Of a DNA stretch of 64,000 nt, positions 49,922 through 63,257 are shown in pieces. Position numbers and translations under genes: made by a program. How positions within the stretch are numbered: position 1 is the stretch's first letter; each line of letters begins with the position of its first letter. This DNA comes from Paraspadella gotoi (taxonomy: Eukaryota > Animalia > Chaetognatha). The notes beneath the pieces were generated by a model. That model saw only the letters and a list, made by a program, of their open reading frames with translations. It ran no database searches and was not told the DNA's origin. Location: assembly GCA_051294375.1 (NCBI GenBank), contig CM119263.1, positions 4,339,947 to 4,403,946 on the forward strand. The letters run 5' to 3'.

Positions 49922-52900
49922 AGAGAGATGATGAGAGATAAGAGAGATCTGAGAGAGAGAAGAAGTAGGAAGAGAGACAGAAGGACAGACATTACATTTG
50001 ACCGACAACGGGGTAAAAGGGATATGAGAAGGAAGGCAGGCAGAACTAGAAAAAAAAAGGAGAAAAGAGAAGGAGAAAAAAGTTATGGAAAAAAAAGGCA
50101 GAGGAGAAGAAGAAAAGGATAAAGAGAAGGAGAAAGAGAGCGTTTAGTGCTTATGGATTTCCTTTTTTTCGAAAATTTTTTTTCTTTCTTTTCTTTTTTT
50201 TTTCTTTTTTTCTCTTCTCGTAGGTTTTATTAGTTTTCGTGACCAAAACCAATTAAATAATTAATCCTTTTAATTTTTTTTCTTCTTTCGTGAAAGGAGA
50301 AGTAGAATTTAAGGGTCGGACCTTAAGCGAAAGTGATGATTATATTACTCGATGCTGATTTATCAAAAATAAAATATTTGAGTGGCCTTAAATCCTTTTA
50401 ATTCGTTTTCTTTCGATCCTAATTTTTTTTTTACCTCCCAGTTCGAACGATACAAACAACAAATACATGTTTGTTTAAATTTATTAAAAATTTTTTCCCC
50501 CAATTTCCTCCTTTTATCTTTTTATTTATTTTTATTTTTTTTTATCAAAATCCCTTTCTTTTTTATTTATTCTTTCATTTTTATATTTTCTATTTTTTAA
50601 TCCTTTCTTAATCTAAATCCTTTCATTTTCAATTCCTATTTTAATTCCTTTTTTAATCCAAAGCTTTTCTCTGTTTGTGTTTCTTTATTGTATCTTTATC
50701 CTTTCTATTTCATTTTATTTCTTTCTCATTCTTTCCTTTTTAATTCTTTTTTTCTTTCCAATTCCTTCCTTTCCTTTTCAAATTTCATCCTTTCAGGTTT
50801 CCTCTTTTCATATTTAATTTGGTTTCCATTTCGTTTCTGACGATTTTTAATACTTCTTTTTCTTTTCTTTTCTTTTCTTTTCTTTTCTTTTCTTTTCTTA
50901 TCTTTTTATCTTTTTCCCTCTCTTTTTGAGGATAAAGGGGTTAAAAGTCGGGCTTCAAATTCGCGACGATTGATGGCCTAACCGAAAGTGCGATGGTGGA
51001 AAAGGACGTAAGCAAAGAAGTAAGCAAAGAAGTTTAAGCAGAGATTCCAGCAAAAAGAAGCAGAGACCTCTTTCGTCTCCTCCGGATTAAACTCACTCAC
51101 AAGCCTCTCGCCGCGGACGCCTTTACCTTCGCCATTACCAATGAGGTCAATGCACGCTTACTTTATTCACAGTGAAGCCTATTTTTTTCCCTCACTTCAA
51201 GCTTTAAGTATGTCAGCTTAGCTTTTTTTTTTTCGTTCAGTTTCCACCGACCCTTTAATCACTTAGTCTGATCCAGACCCCACCCAGGTTTTTTCACCGA
51301 TCTACTCCTTTTCACCAATTCACCTTCACAATCTGCTTTTCACCTTTCACAATCACTCGTATCACCTTTCACAATCCACCGCTTGACTTTCTTCTTTCAA
51401 TCACCTTTCCACGAGTGGGAGCGCGACGTATTCCTTCTCACAGCACGAAATTGATCCAGCGTCCTTTGCGTGCGATTTTGCACGAATTTTATGAGCGTTT
51501 GATTGTTCTGGTCAATCGTAGTCGCCAGCATTCTCGTCTAATTAGAAATTTTTCAAGGAATATGGTAATGTGTTTGAGAGTTCTTGTTGAGGTTATTCAC
51601 GTATACATGTAACCATCGGCTTGCGCTTTATTTACGCGAGTCATATACCAATCATTCGTTTGCGTATTTGGTGTTTGCCATATCTAAACGCGCGTATATT
51701 ACCAAGCATTCGCAGTGTATAGTGCTTGGGTGCTTTGCCACTCGTCTCCCGCGCCGTGCGCTTTCCAGGCGACGGCGGACTCGCCCTTCAAGCACTTTGA
51801 CCGAGATTTTGGAAAAAGCCCGGTTAAGGGCGTCGGAACGTCAGGATCTGGCTGAGAGAGAGATGAGAGAGAAGAGAGAGAGGAGATGAGATGAGACGAG
51901 AGAGAGAGAGAGATGAGAGAGAGAGAGGGAGAGAGAGCTTGTGTTTACCTCCAAAACATGATTGAGAGTTGTGATGTGAATATTTAAAAGCGAAAATTCT
52001 CTTTTCGCGTTTTGTCTTTCGGGGTGAGATTTTGGATGCGTAGCGAAGGCAGGAGGTAAACTGTGTTAACAACTTTTTAACTTTGGGTATTTATTAAGTA
52101 TTTAGATAAAGGTTTTTTCTAATTATTATCGTTGATAATTATATTTTTGATTTTCTCATTTCCCAATCAAATACGAGGTGGCTGTCGGAAACCTATACAA
52201 ACCTTTCGCAAAGGTTTTAATTAACTATTAAACAATGAATGGAGTTCCAAGCCTCAGGACCGAGTCTAGGAATCTAAAACTAATAATGTTATAAATGCTC
52301 GATTGCAGTTTCATTTCATAAATAAAAAAGTTTTTTCATTCATGTCATGTCATGTCATTATCTTGTGATCTTGTGTAAAATAGATGTCACTGCGTCGCAA
52401 CACATTGGAATTGTAGAAATTGTAGAATCACGTTCTTTGTTTTAAACTCCTCTCAAGAAGTGGCAAGCTTTTTTAAAACTCCTTTCAAGAAGTGGTTCAA
52501 GCTTTTTTATTAACCCCTCTTCAAGCGAGACAAGCTTTTTTTATAACCCCTCCTCAAGCAAGTGACCAAGCTTTTTATAACTCCTCTCAAGCAGAGACAA
52601 GCTTTTTAAACTCTTCTCAAGAAGTGACTATGTTTTTTTTTTACACTCAGCTTCTTTCGTCTTTTCCATCCTTATTTATAATTTGTTTTTGCCGAACCAG
52701 AAGGCTTTTTTCGCCTTTTCTGTGGTCATCACAAAATGAGAAGCAGATTAATTATGTTGAAATGTCATGTATGTCCAGTTAATAATCTCTCTTTTCTTTT
52801 NNNNNNNNNNNNNNNNNNNNNNNNNAGGAGAGAGGGAGTGGAAGAAGGAAGAGGAGGAGAGGAGGAGGGGAGGAAGGGAGGATGAGGAGAATAATAGTTA

Positions 52901-53344
52901 ATGAGACGATGAGTTAATGAGACGATGAGTATATGAGACGGAAAGTATGAATTACAGAATGTGTAAATGAGAGAATGAGTAAATAAAATTATATGTAAAT
53001 GAGAGTATGTGTAAATAATAGGTTATGTAGATGAAAGGATGTATAAATAAGAAGATATGTAAATTAAAGGATCTATACTATAGATAAGAGTACGTGTAAA
53101 TAAAAGGAGTAAATGAGAGGACGGTGCCGAGCTAAGCGGACATTAGAGCCGGAGCGAGAGCGGGCGACGAAATATTTATTCCTGCGGCTTATAAATATGA
53201 AATAATAATAATAAAAAAATTATCCTCGTTGACAAAAGGGAAATAATCCTCCAACGGGCAGGGGGGAGGGTTGAGGAGAGATCACCTCGCGAGGTTGGGG
53301 GTGAAACCTACTGCGTGATCGTGCGAACAGCGAATAGCGAACGA

Positions 53345-53895
53345 AGAAGGCCAACGACGAACTGCCTAAAGCCAATGGCGAAGAGGCAATGGCGAATGGC
53401 GTAAAGACAATGGCGAAGAGGGAACGGCGAATGGCGTAAAGCCAATGGCGAAGAGGCAACGACGAATTCCCTAAAGCCAATGGCAAAGAGGCAACGGCGA
53501 ATGGCGTAAAGCCAATGGCGAAGAGTCAACAGCGAACAGCGTAAAGCCAATGGCAAAAAGGCAACAGCAAACGGCGTAAAGCCAATGGCGAAGAGGCAAC
53601 GACAAACTACCTAAAGCCAATGGCGAATGGTGTAAAGCCAGTGGCGAAGAGTCAACGGCGAATGGCGTAAAGCCAATGGCAAAGAGGCAATGGCAAACGG
53701 CTTAATGCCAATGGCGAAGAGGCAATGGCAAATGGCGAACAGCATAAAGCCAATGGCGAAGAGACAACAGCGAATGAACTAATGCTAATGGCTAAGAGGA
53801 AATGGCGAATGGCTTATAGCCGATGGCGAAAAGGTAACAACGAACGAACTAATGCCAACGGCGAGCTGGCAACAACGAACGGCGAACGTGGCGAA
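53345..53895 (+). repeat. 35-bp minisatellite, consensus AAAGCCAATGGCGAAGAGGCAACGGCGAATGGCGT
   Basis: About 13-15 diverged units read directly. Confidence 0.93.
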
Positions 53896-53992
53896 ACGTC
53901 AGCGCTCCGTAATTTTAACGACAAACAGCTATCGACTTAATGAATTTATACCCCCCATAGCAGGGGGACCTCCGCGTTGAAACACACACACA

Positions 53993-54023
<31 letters not shown>

Positions 54024-54154
54024 CTTCTCTCTTCTCTCTCTCTCTCTCTCTCTTCTCTTGCTCGCGCACGTTCGCACTTCTCACCTCCCAAGGGACAGAC
54101 CACCCATCTCTATCCCCTTCTCTGGTCGTGCTGTCCCTCTCTGTCCCACCGGGT

Positions 54155-54234
<80 letters not shown>

Positions 54235-54298
54235 CTCTCAATTCTTTTATAATCTCCCACTCCATTTTTAGGGTCGCGCTCTCTGTATATTTTCAAAA

Positions 54299-54381
<83 letters not shown>

Positions 54382-54525
54382 TATCTCTCTCTCTCTCGCT
54401 GACTCTGTCTCCCTCTGTGATCAGCGAAAACCAATCTCGCACACAAGCCTCCTCCCCTTTTTGCAGTTTGCGAGTCTTAAAAGGCAACAACAAAACGGAA
54501 CGACGAAAATAGTTTGCGGAAAGAG

Positions 54526-54557
<32 letters not shown>

Positions 54558-54844
54558 AGCCTACCTAGAAAAGCTACTTTTGAATGTTGCCTTTGTATTG
54601 TATGAATGATTTTGAAAAAAAAAGAATAGAGGCAGGAAAGTAGAAAATGTCCGCAAAAAAAAAAATGAATAAATAAAAAAAGAATTTAATAAATTGTAAA
54701 AATGTAAATTGTAAAATGTAAGAGAAGAGAATAATAGGCAACAAAATGTAATGGAATGATATGAAAAGAAATGATATTAAATGCAATGAAAAAGAATGGA
54801 ACGGAATGAAAATGACCAAGATGGACATCATGAGGTGATATTGC

Positions 54845-55420
54845 TCATGGAGATTCTTTTCCCGCTTTCCTCAGCAAAGATTCACATTTCGTCTTGCCAT
54901 TAAACCATCTGCTTCTGGCCATTTGAAGCATGCCATCTGCACTTTGCCTTTCGCCATTAGCCATTTCCATCAGCTGCTTACAATCGGCAAACTGACCTTT
55001 GTCTCTTTTGCCACTTTCCTTTAAAGCTGTTATCACGCAGAACCTCTTTGTGACATCCACGTGAACGTCGCGTGTTTTCACCCGCGTTCACGACTCACGC
55101 GCTGAATCGAGTTAATAATCACGAATTTTTTCACCCAAAATTTCTTTCACGTTTTGTTTTTATTTCCAGAAAACAAAACAGAAACTGGAGGAAAAATATT
55201 TTTCGCGTTCGTTCAGAGTTTTGATTTGTTGACGGAGATGATTCGTTGTGACGGGCAAAGTCGGGCAGAGTCGGACAAAACCAAGCACATCGGTACAGAG
55301 CGCCGGCGCAGGGAGTCGGCAAATGTGGGCCTATGCTCCGGCAAACAGCGATCTTTGGCTTTTTTCTATCACGCGATCTTTGGGTCTTGAAACAAACTGT
55401 GGTTTAAACGATTTTCTATG
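54845..55420 (-). other. Exon-like fragments of an unidentified minus-strand gene (counterparts in copies A and B)
   Basis: Balanced-composition open stretches HICRLPAPALCTDVLGFVRLCPTLPVTTNHLRQQIKTLNEREKYFSS and DVTKRFCVITALKESGKRDKGQFADCKQLMEMANGERQSADGMLQMARSRWFNGKTKCESLLRKAGKESP*, followed by AT-rich UTR-like sequence. No homology recognised. Confidence 0.3.
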
Positions 55421-55862
55421 TGTGGGGAGGGTGTGGGGTTGTGGTTAAGTTATTTTGTGGGCTTAGACGACGTTACAGTTTTCAGGTTTAGTGAAAAAGG
55501 TTGACCATCGTGAATTTATTTTGAATGTGAACAGTGAAGAGTTAAAAAGTTTAGATGTCGTTGAATTTGTTTAGGGTGAATCCAGAAAGTGGTGAGACGG
55601 CTAAATGGTGGATTTGGGTCAGATTCAGGGGAGGGTTGGTTTCAAGGTCAACTTTAAAAGGGTCAACGGGTTTAGATTTTGGGGAAATAAAAAGGAAAAA
55701 TCGATCGGAAGACAAAGTCTTGTGTCAGATTTAAATTGCAAAGCGGGAAGAGAGTGGTGAGGGAGTTGGCGGAGGAAGGGGAGGAGGAAAGGAGAAAAAA
55801 AGGAAAATAGGATGGTTGGAGGAAAGGAAAGAAAGGATATGAGAAAGAAATTAAAAGGGAGG

Positions 55863-55968
<106 letters not shown>

Positions 55969-58396
55969 GAGAGACAGACAGACAGACATACATTTGACCG
56001 ACAACGGGGTAGAAAGGGAATGAGAAGAAGCAGGCAGACTAGAAAAAAAAGGAGAAAGAGAAGGAGAAAAAAAGTAGAAAAAAAAGGAGAGGAGAAGAAG
56101 AAAAGGATAAAGAGAAGGAGAAAGAGAAGCGTTTAGTGCTTAAATGGATTTCCTTTTTTCGAAAATTTTTTTTTCTTTCTTTTCTTTTTTTTCTTCTTTT
56201 TTTCTCTTCTCGTAGGTTTATTAGTTTTCGTGACCAAAACAATTAAATAATTAATCCTTTTAATTTTTTTTCTCTTTCGTGAAAGGAGAAGTAGAATTTA
56301 AGGGTCGACCTTAAGCGAAAGTGATTGATTATATTACTCGATGCGATTTATCAAAAAAAAAATATTTGAGTGGCCTTAAATCCTTTTAATCGTTTTCTTT
56401 CGATCCTAATTTTTTTTACCTCCCAGTTCGAACGATCACAACAACAAATACATGTTTGTTTTAAAATTTATTAAAAATTTTTTCCCCCAATTCCTCCTTT
56501 ATATCTTTTTATTTATTTTTATTTTTTTTTATCAAAATCCCTTTCTTTTTATTTTATTTCTTTCATTTTTATATTTTCTATTTTTAATTCCTTTCCTTAA
56601 TCTAAATCCTTTCATTTTCAATTCCTATTTAATTCCTTTTTTAATCCAAAGCTTTTCTTTTCTGTTTGTGTTTCTTTTATTTTATCTTTATCCTTTCTAT
56701 TTCATTTTATTTCTTTCTCATTCTTTCCTTTTTTAATTCTTTTTTTTCTTTCCCAATTCCTTCCTTTCCTTTTCAAATTTCATCCATTCAGTTTCCTCTT
56801 TCATATTTAATTTGGTTCCATTTCGTCTTCTGACCGAATTTCAATACTTTTCTTTTCTTTTCTTTTCTTTTCTTTTCTTTTCTTTTCTTTTCTTTTCTTA
56901 TCTTTTCTCTTTTCCCTCTCTTTCTGAGGATCAAAGGGTTAAAAGCGGCTCAAATTCGGCGACGATGATGGCCTAACCGAAGTGCGATGGTGGAAAAGAC
57001 GTAAGCAAAGAAGTAAGCAAAGAAGTAAGCAGAGATTCCAGCAAAAAGAAGCAGAGACCTCTTCGTCTCCTCCGATTAAACTCACTCACAGCCTCCGCCG
57101 CGACAGCCTTACCTTCGCCATTACCAATGAGGTCAATGACCGCTACTTTATTCACAGTGAAGCCTATTTTTTTTCCCTCACCTTCCAAGCTTTAAGTATG
57201 TCAGCCTGAGCTTTTTTTTTCGTTCCAGTTTCCACCGACCCTTTAATCACTTAGTCTGATCCAGACCCCACCCAGGTTTTTCACCGATCTACTCCTTTCA
57301 CCAATTCACCATTCACAATCTGCTTTTCACCTTTCACAATCACCGTATCACCTTTCACAATCACCGCTTGACTTTCCTCTTTCAATCACCTTTTCCCACG
57401 AGGGGAGCGCGACGTTATCCTTCTCACACGCACGAAATTGATCCAGGCGTCCTTTGCGTGCGATTTGCACGAATATGAGCGTTTGATGTTCTGTCAATCG
57501 TAGTCGCCAAGCATTCTCGTCAATTAGAAATTTTTCAAGGAATATGGAATGTTTGAGAGTCATTGTGAGTTATTCACGTATACCATGTAACCATCGCTTG
57601 CCGTTTATTTACGCGAGTGCAATACCAATCATTCGCTTGCGTATTGGTGTTTGCCATATCTAAACGCGCGTAAATTACCAAGCATTCGCACGTGTATAGA
57701 TGCTTGGGTGCTTGCCACTCGTTCCCGCGCGTGCGCTTTCCCAGGCGAGCGGCGGACGCGCCCTTCAAGCACGTGACCGAGATTTGGAAAAGCCCGGTTA
57801 AGCGTCGGAACGTCAGGATCTGGCTGAGAGAGAGATGAGAGAGAAGAGAGAGAGGAGATGAGATGAGACGAGAGAGAGAGAGAGATGAGAGAGAGAGAGA
57901 GCTTGTGTTTACCCTCAAAAAAATGATTGAGAGTTGTGATGTGAATATTAAAAGCGAAAATTCTCTTCGCCGTTTTTGTCTTTCGGGTGAGATTTTGGTT
58001 GCGTAGCGAAGGCAGGAGTAAACTGTGTTACAACTTTTTAACTTTGGGTATTTATTAAAGTATTTAGATAAAAGGTTTTTCTAATTATTATCGTTGATAA
58101 TTATATTTTATGATTTTCTCAATATTCCCAATCAAATACGAGGTGGCTGTCGGAACCTATACAAACCTTCGCAAGGTTTAATTAACTATTAAACAAGAAT
58201 GGTTCCAAGCCCAGGACCCGATCAGGAAATCCTAAAACTATAAGTTATAAATGACTCGATGCAGTTCATTTCATAAATAAAAGAAAGTTTTTCATTCATG
58301 TCATGTCATGTCATATCTTGTGATCTTGTGAAAATAGAGTCACTGCGGCGCAACACATTGGAATTGTAGAAATTGTAGAATCACCGTTCTTGTTTT

Positions 58397-58582
58397 AAAA
58401 CTCCTCTCAAGAAGTGGCAAGCTTTTTTTAAAACTCCTTTCAAGAAGTGTCAAGCTTTTTTATAACCCCTCTCAAGCAGAGACAAGCTTTTTTTATAACC
58501 CCTCTCAAGCAGTGACAAGCTTTTTTATAACTCCTCTCAAGCAGAGACAAGCTTTTTTTAAAACTCTTCTCAAGAAGTGACT
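58397..58582 (+). repeat. ~31-bp minisatellite AACTCCTCTCAAGCAGAGACAAGCTTTTTT(A), about 6 units (also 52443-52630)
   Basis: Direct reading; AAGCTT occurs in each full unit. Confidence 0.9.
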
Positions 58583-59094
58583 AGGTTTTTTTTTACACTC
58601 AGCTTCTTTCGTCTTTTCCATCCTTATTTATTAATTTGTTTTGCGAACCAAGGCTTTTTCGCCTTTTCTGTGGTCATCACAAAATGAGAAAGCAGATTAA
58701 TTATGTCTGAATGTCATTATGTCAGTTAACTAGCTTTTCCCCAATTTCGTGCATGACATTAATGAATTTAATAGTATTTGTTTTTAAACTTTTCCCCGTG
58801 TTTGCTCTTCCTCTCCAACCATATTGGCCTCTTCGTTCATTTCAATTTCTCCACGCCCCCTTGGCTTAGTAGGATTTCGCTCCTCCTATTTCCTCCCTTC
58901 CTCTCCCCCTCCTCCTCTTCCCCCTCCCTCTCTCCCTCTCCCTCTCTCCCCCTCCCTCTCCCCCCTCCCCTCCCCTCTCTCTCCCTCTCCCCCCCCCTCT
59001 TTGTGCTTTCCCTGCTCTGATCCCTCTTCTAATCTGCCGTATTGGTTTTTTCGCATCAAAAATACCTGCGGGGCAGAACGAAAATCGCGGTGAC

Positions 59095-60237
59095 CCTCAA
59101 CCTCTCTTTCACATTCGTCTTGTTTTTCAACCCTCTCTTGCTCCATCTCTCTTTGTCAAAACTCTAATTTACTTGCTCCTTTTTTTTAAACCTCATCTTT
59201 ACTTCTTTCTTTTTTTCAACCTCTCTTTGCTTCTTCTTCTTTTTTCAAACTCTATTTTATGCTTCTCCCCTACCCTCCTCTCCTGCCCCACCACTCGCCT
59301 CACCACGCTGCCCGCCCCCGCGTTTCCCCGTCTCCCGTTCTCCCCCCTCCCTTCCCATCACCCCCTATCCGCGCCCCCTCTCTTTTTTAGTCAGCCTTGT
59401 CATGTCTGGCCCTCCACCTCCCCTCCCCCTGCCCGCCCGAACCCCCTCCCACCCTCCCCCCCCTCACCCTCCCCCCCTCGCTCTCCCCCCCCCGTCCTCC
59501 CTTTCTCCCCTCTCACTACAATCCCGCCTTTCCCTCCCACCTCCGCAAGCCCCCCTCCGCTCTTTTTCAACCTCTCTTCGGCTTTTCCCTTTTTTTTTTT
59601 CAAACCTTCTTTTGCTCCATCTCTTCTTTTTCAAAACTCTATTTTTGCTTCTCCCTCTTTTTCAACCTCTTCTGTTTACTTCTCCTCTTTTTTTCAACCT
59701 CTTCCTTCTTGCTTCTTCTTTTTTCAACCCTCATTAATCCTTTTCTATTTGCTTCTCCCCTCTTTTTTTTTTTTTTTCAACCTCTCTTTCCTGCTTCTTT
59801 CCCCCTCTTTTCAACCTCTCCTAACGTTCTTCTTTTGTTTTTTCAAACCTCTATTTTGTTCTTTTCTCTTCTTCTAACTCTCTGGCGCCCGCTTCTTCCT
59901 CGTTTTTCAACCTCTCTTTGCTTGTCTCTTTTTTAAACCTCTAATTGTGCTTCTCTATTCTATTTTCAACCCCTTTCTATTTCGCTTTCTTCTCTTTCTT
60001 CAAACCTTCTCTATTTCGTCTCTCCCCCGACACCGGCGAACCACCTAATAACCTACCACCCCCTTCCACCTCTTTGCCAACCCCCCCCCTCAGCCCCCCC
60101 CTTCCAGCTGGCTGCCACAGTCCAAGATTTTCCCGCCCAAAATTAGCCTTTTTTCGTGTAGCATGAAACTTTCGATGCGAGGGGAAAGGGCTAGGGACTA
60201 TTGGTCTCTCTCTCTCTCCTCTCTCTCATCTCTCTCT

Positions 60238-60288
<51 letters not shown>

Positions 60289-61894
60289 TCTTCTCTCTCT
60301 CTCTCTCTCTCATCTCCTCTTCTCCTCACCATATTTCAAATACCAAACTACATCATCATTTAGATATTAAGAAGACAACATCCCTATGAATGCAAATTAA
60401 CTATGACCGGACCGACCACTGACGACCTAAGATTCATTAACCACGATTGATTCACAAAATTCTAGTGGACTTCATAACTCATTCCGCGATGTAAGAATAC
60501 GTGAGCTCCAATGTACGAATAAGCTAAAGAATATAGCGGTAAAAATCGTTGTCGAATCCAACGGTGATTTTATCCTCACCCGCTCCTCTCCCTTCAACCT
60601 CAGCATCCCCGAGCTTCACTCTCCCAGTTACCCCCTGACCCAATAACCGTCCATGCAGAGGGCCGATACCTATACGTCTTCACGAGAGACAAGGTAGTAG
60701 AGAGAATCTCTCCTTTTNNNNNNNNNNNNNNNNNNNNNNNNNCCATGAATGTCAAATAATATGACCGACCGACCACTGACGACTAAGATTCATTAACCAC
60801 GATTGATTCACAAAATCTAGTGACTTCATAACTCATTCCGCGGATCGTAAATACGTGAGCTCCAATGTCGAATTAAGTAAAGAAGTAAGCGTAAAAATCG
60901 TTCGAATCACGTGATTTATCCTCACCCCGCCCTCTCCCTTCAACCTCAGCACCCCGAGCTTCACTCTCCCAGTTTACCCCCTGAACCAATAACCGTCCAT
61001 GCAGAGGGCGATACCATACGTCTTCACCGAGAGACAAGGTAAGGTAGAGAGAGAGAGAGAGAAAAAAGAGCAATTACTTTGGGTAAGGTCGTGCAGTGCC
61101 GCAGATGTGACTCGGCTCCGTTNNNNNNNNNNTTTCAAACTCTATTTTACTTCTCCTTTTTTTTAAACCTCTCTTTTACTTCTTCTCTTTTTTTCAACCT
61201 CTCTTTTGCTTCTTCTCTTTTTTCAAACTCTATTTTGCTTCTCCCTCTTTTTTCAACCTCTCTTTCGCTTCTTCCCTTTTTTTTCAACCTCTCTTTTGCT
61301 CCATCTCTTCTTTTCAAACTCTATTTTGCTTCTCCCTCTTTTTTCAACCTCTCTTTTACTTCTTCTCTTTTTTTCAACCTCTCCTTTGCTTCTTCTCTTT
61401 TTTCAAACTCTATTTTGCTTCTCCCTCTTTTTTCAACCTCTCTTTCGCTTCTTCCCCTCTTTTCAACCTCTCTTTTACTTCTTCTCTTTTTTTCAACCTC
61501 TATTTTGCTTCTTCTCTTTCTTCAACCTCTCTTGCGCTTCTTCCTCTTTTTTCAACCTCTCTTTTGCTTGTTTTCTTTTTTAAACCTCTAATTTGCTTCA
61601 TCTCTATTTTTCAACCTCTATTTCGCTTCTTCTCTTTCTTCAAACCCTCTTCTCTTTTCGTCTCTCCCCCGACAGGCCGGCGAACCCACCTAATAACCTC
61701 ACCACCCCCTTCCACCCTCTTTGCCAACCCCCCCCCCCTCAGCCCCCCCCTTCCAGCGGCTGCCACAGTCCAAGATTTTCCCGCCACCAAAATTAGCCTT
61801 TTTTCGTTTGTAGCCATGAAACTTTCCCGATGCGAGGGGAAAGGGCTAGGGACTATTGGTCTCTCTCCTCTCTCTCTCTCTCTCATCTCTCTCT

Positions 61895-61927
<33 letters not shown>

Positions 61928-62600
61928 CTCTCTTCTCTCTCTCTCTTCTTCTCCTCTCTCTCTCTCTCTCTCTCCTCTTCTCCTACCATATTTCAATATA
62001 CCACAAACTACATCATCAATTTAGATATTAAGAAGACAACATCCCTATGAATGCAAATAACTATGACCTGGATCCGACCACTGTACGATAAGATTCTTTA
62101 TACCACGATTGATTCACAAAATTCTAGTGGACTTCATAACTCTATTCCGCGGGATCGTAAAATACGTTGAGCTCCAATGTACGAATTAAGCTAAAGACTA
62201 GTATAGCGGTAAAAATCGTTGTCGAATCACGTTGATTTATCCTCACCCCTGCTCTCTCCCTTCAACCTCAGCATCCCCGAGCTTCACCTCTTCCCAGTTA
62301 CCCCTCTTGAACCAATTACATCGTTATCCATCGACACGAGGCGCATTACCATTATACGATACTCACCGAGACGTACCCAACGTGGTAATGTAAATTGGTA
62401 GAGAGATGAGAGTAGAAAAAAGAGCAATTACTTTGAGGTATAGAGGGTCGTTGCTGTCGCCGCAGGATGTGAACTCGGCTCCGTTATTTTCTCCCTCGTA
62501 AAAAACAAGTCGTTTCACCATATATTTTTTACTGTTGTGGGAGAGAGCAGAGAGATGAGAGATGACGGAGACGACGAGAGAGATGTAGAGATGACGAGGA
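59095..62600 (+). repeat. Local stutter: 59095-60717 matches 61133-62420, and a ~330 bp segment occurs three times (60385, 60745, 62045)
   Basis: ATGAATGCAAAT...ACCACGATTGATTCACAAAAT recurs three times, with the copies separated by N-gaps. Confidence 0.9.
61133..61655. repeat. ~30-bp pyrimidine-rich tandem repeat TTTTTTCAACCTCTCTTTTGCTTCTTCTCT (noisy duplicate at 59095-60015)
   Basis: About 17 units with CAACCTCTC and CAAACTCTA variants. Confidence 0.9.
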
Positions 62601-63110
62601 TGANNNNNNNNNNNNNNNNNNNNNNNNNNNNNNNNNNNNNNNNNNNNNNNNNNNNNNNNNNNNNNNNNNNNNNNNNNNNNNNNNNNNNNNNNNNNNNNNN
62701 NNNNNNNNNNNNNNNNNNNNNNNNNNNNNNNNNNNNNNNNNNGTCATAGAGGTAACCTTAATTAACCGCAGAAAAAGAAATTTTTCTCTTTATTCACTAA
62801 ATCACCGCCCGTGACTTCACAGCCCGAATTCCTCACTGAAACCAGATGCGTGAAAAAAGCTAAAGAAACCCGGTAGGGGTTCACGGAACGAGTTATCGGG
62901 TCCGACTGAGTCACTGTGATTATTTGACGTCGGTGAACTGAGCGAGGATTTTATGGCGTCGTAGAATTATGCAATAAAATGTCTGCTATAAAAGGTCATT
63001 TGGTCCATGGTGAAACTTTTTCGTTTTCGTCAAAGAATAGTAATTGCATCTATGCGTTCGCATCTAGTGACTTTTCACTAAGGAGCTGAGACTTTTTTTA
63101 GTCTTGGCAT

Positions 63111-63257
63111 TGCATCGCTAAGACTGAGCTTAGCGGAAATTAGACTTGTCTGTGCGGCGCTGAGACTTGGTGAGCCTGAATTGAAAGTTCGTTCTGCGGA
63201 GCCAAGAATTCGTCCTGCGGCGCCGAGACTTTATCCTGCGACGCCGAGTCTTTCCTT
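63111..63257. repeat. Diverged 21-bp tandem repeat, 7 units, no indels
   Basis: Units start every 21 bp from 63111 to 63237, e.g. TGCGGCGCCGAGACTTTATCC. Confidence 0.8.

Larger units (their letters stand above)
42971..52800 (+). repeat. Repeated locus 2, copy B (four internal N-gaps)
   Basis: Starts TTTCTCTTCCATTATCCCGG like 32150 and is bounded by 25-N gaps. Confidence 0.93.

Noticed and set aside
53345-53895. CRISPR-like array (conserved head plus variable tail)
   Set aside because: The tails are short and homologous to each other, there are no cas genes, and the context is eukaryotic. It is a minisatellite.
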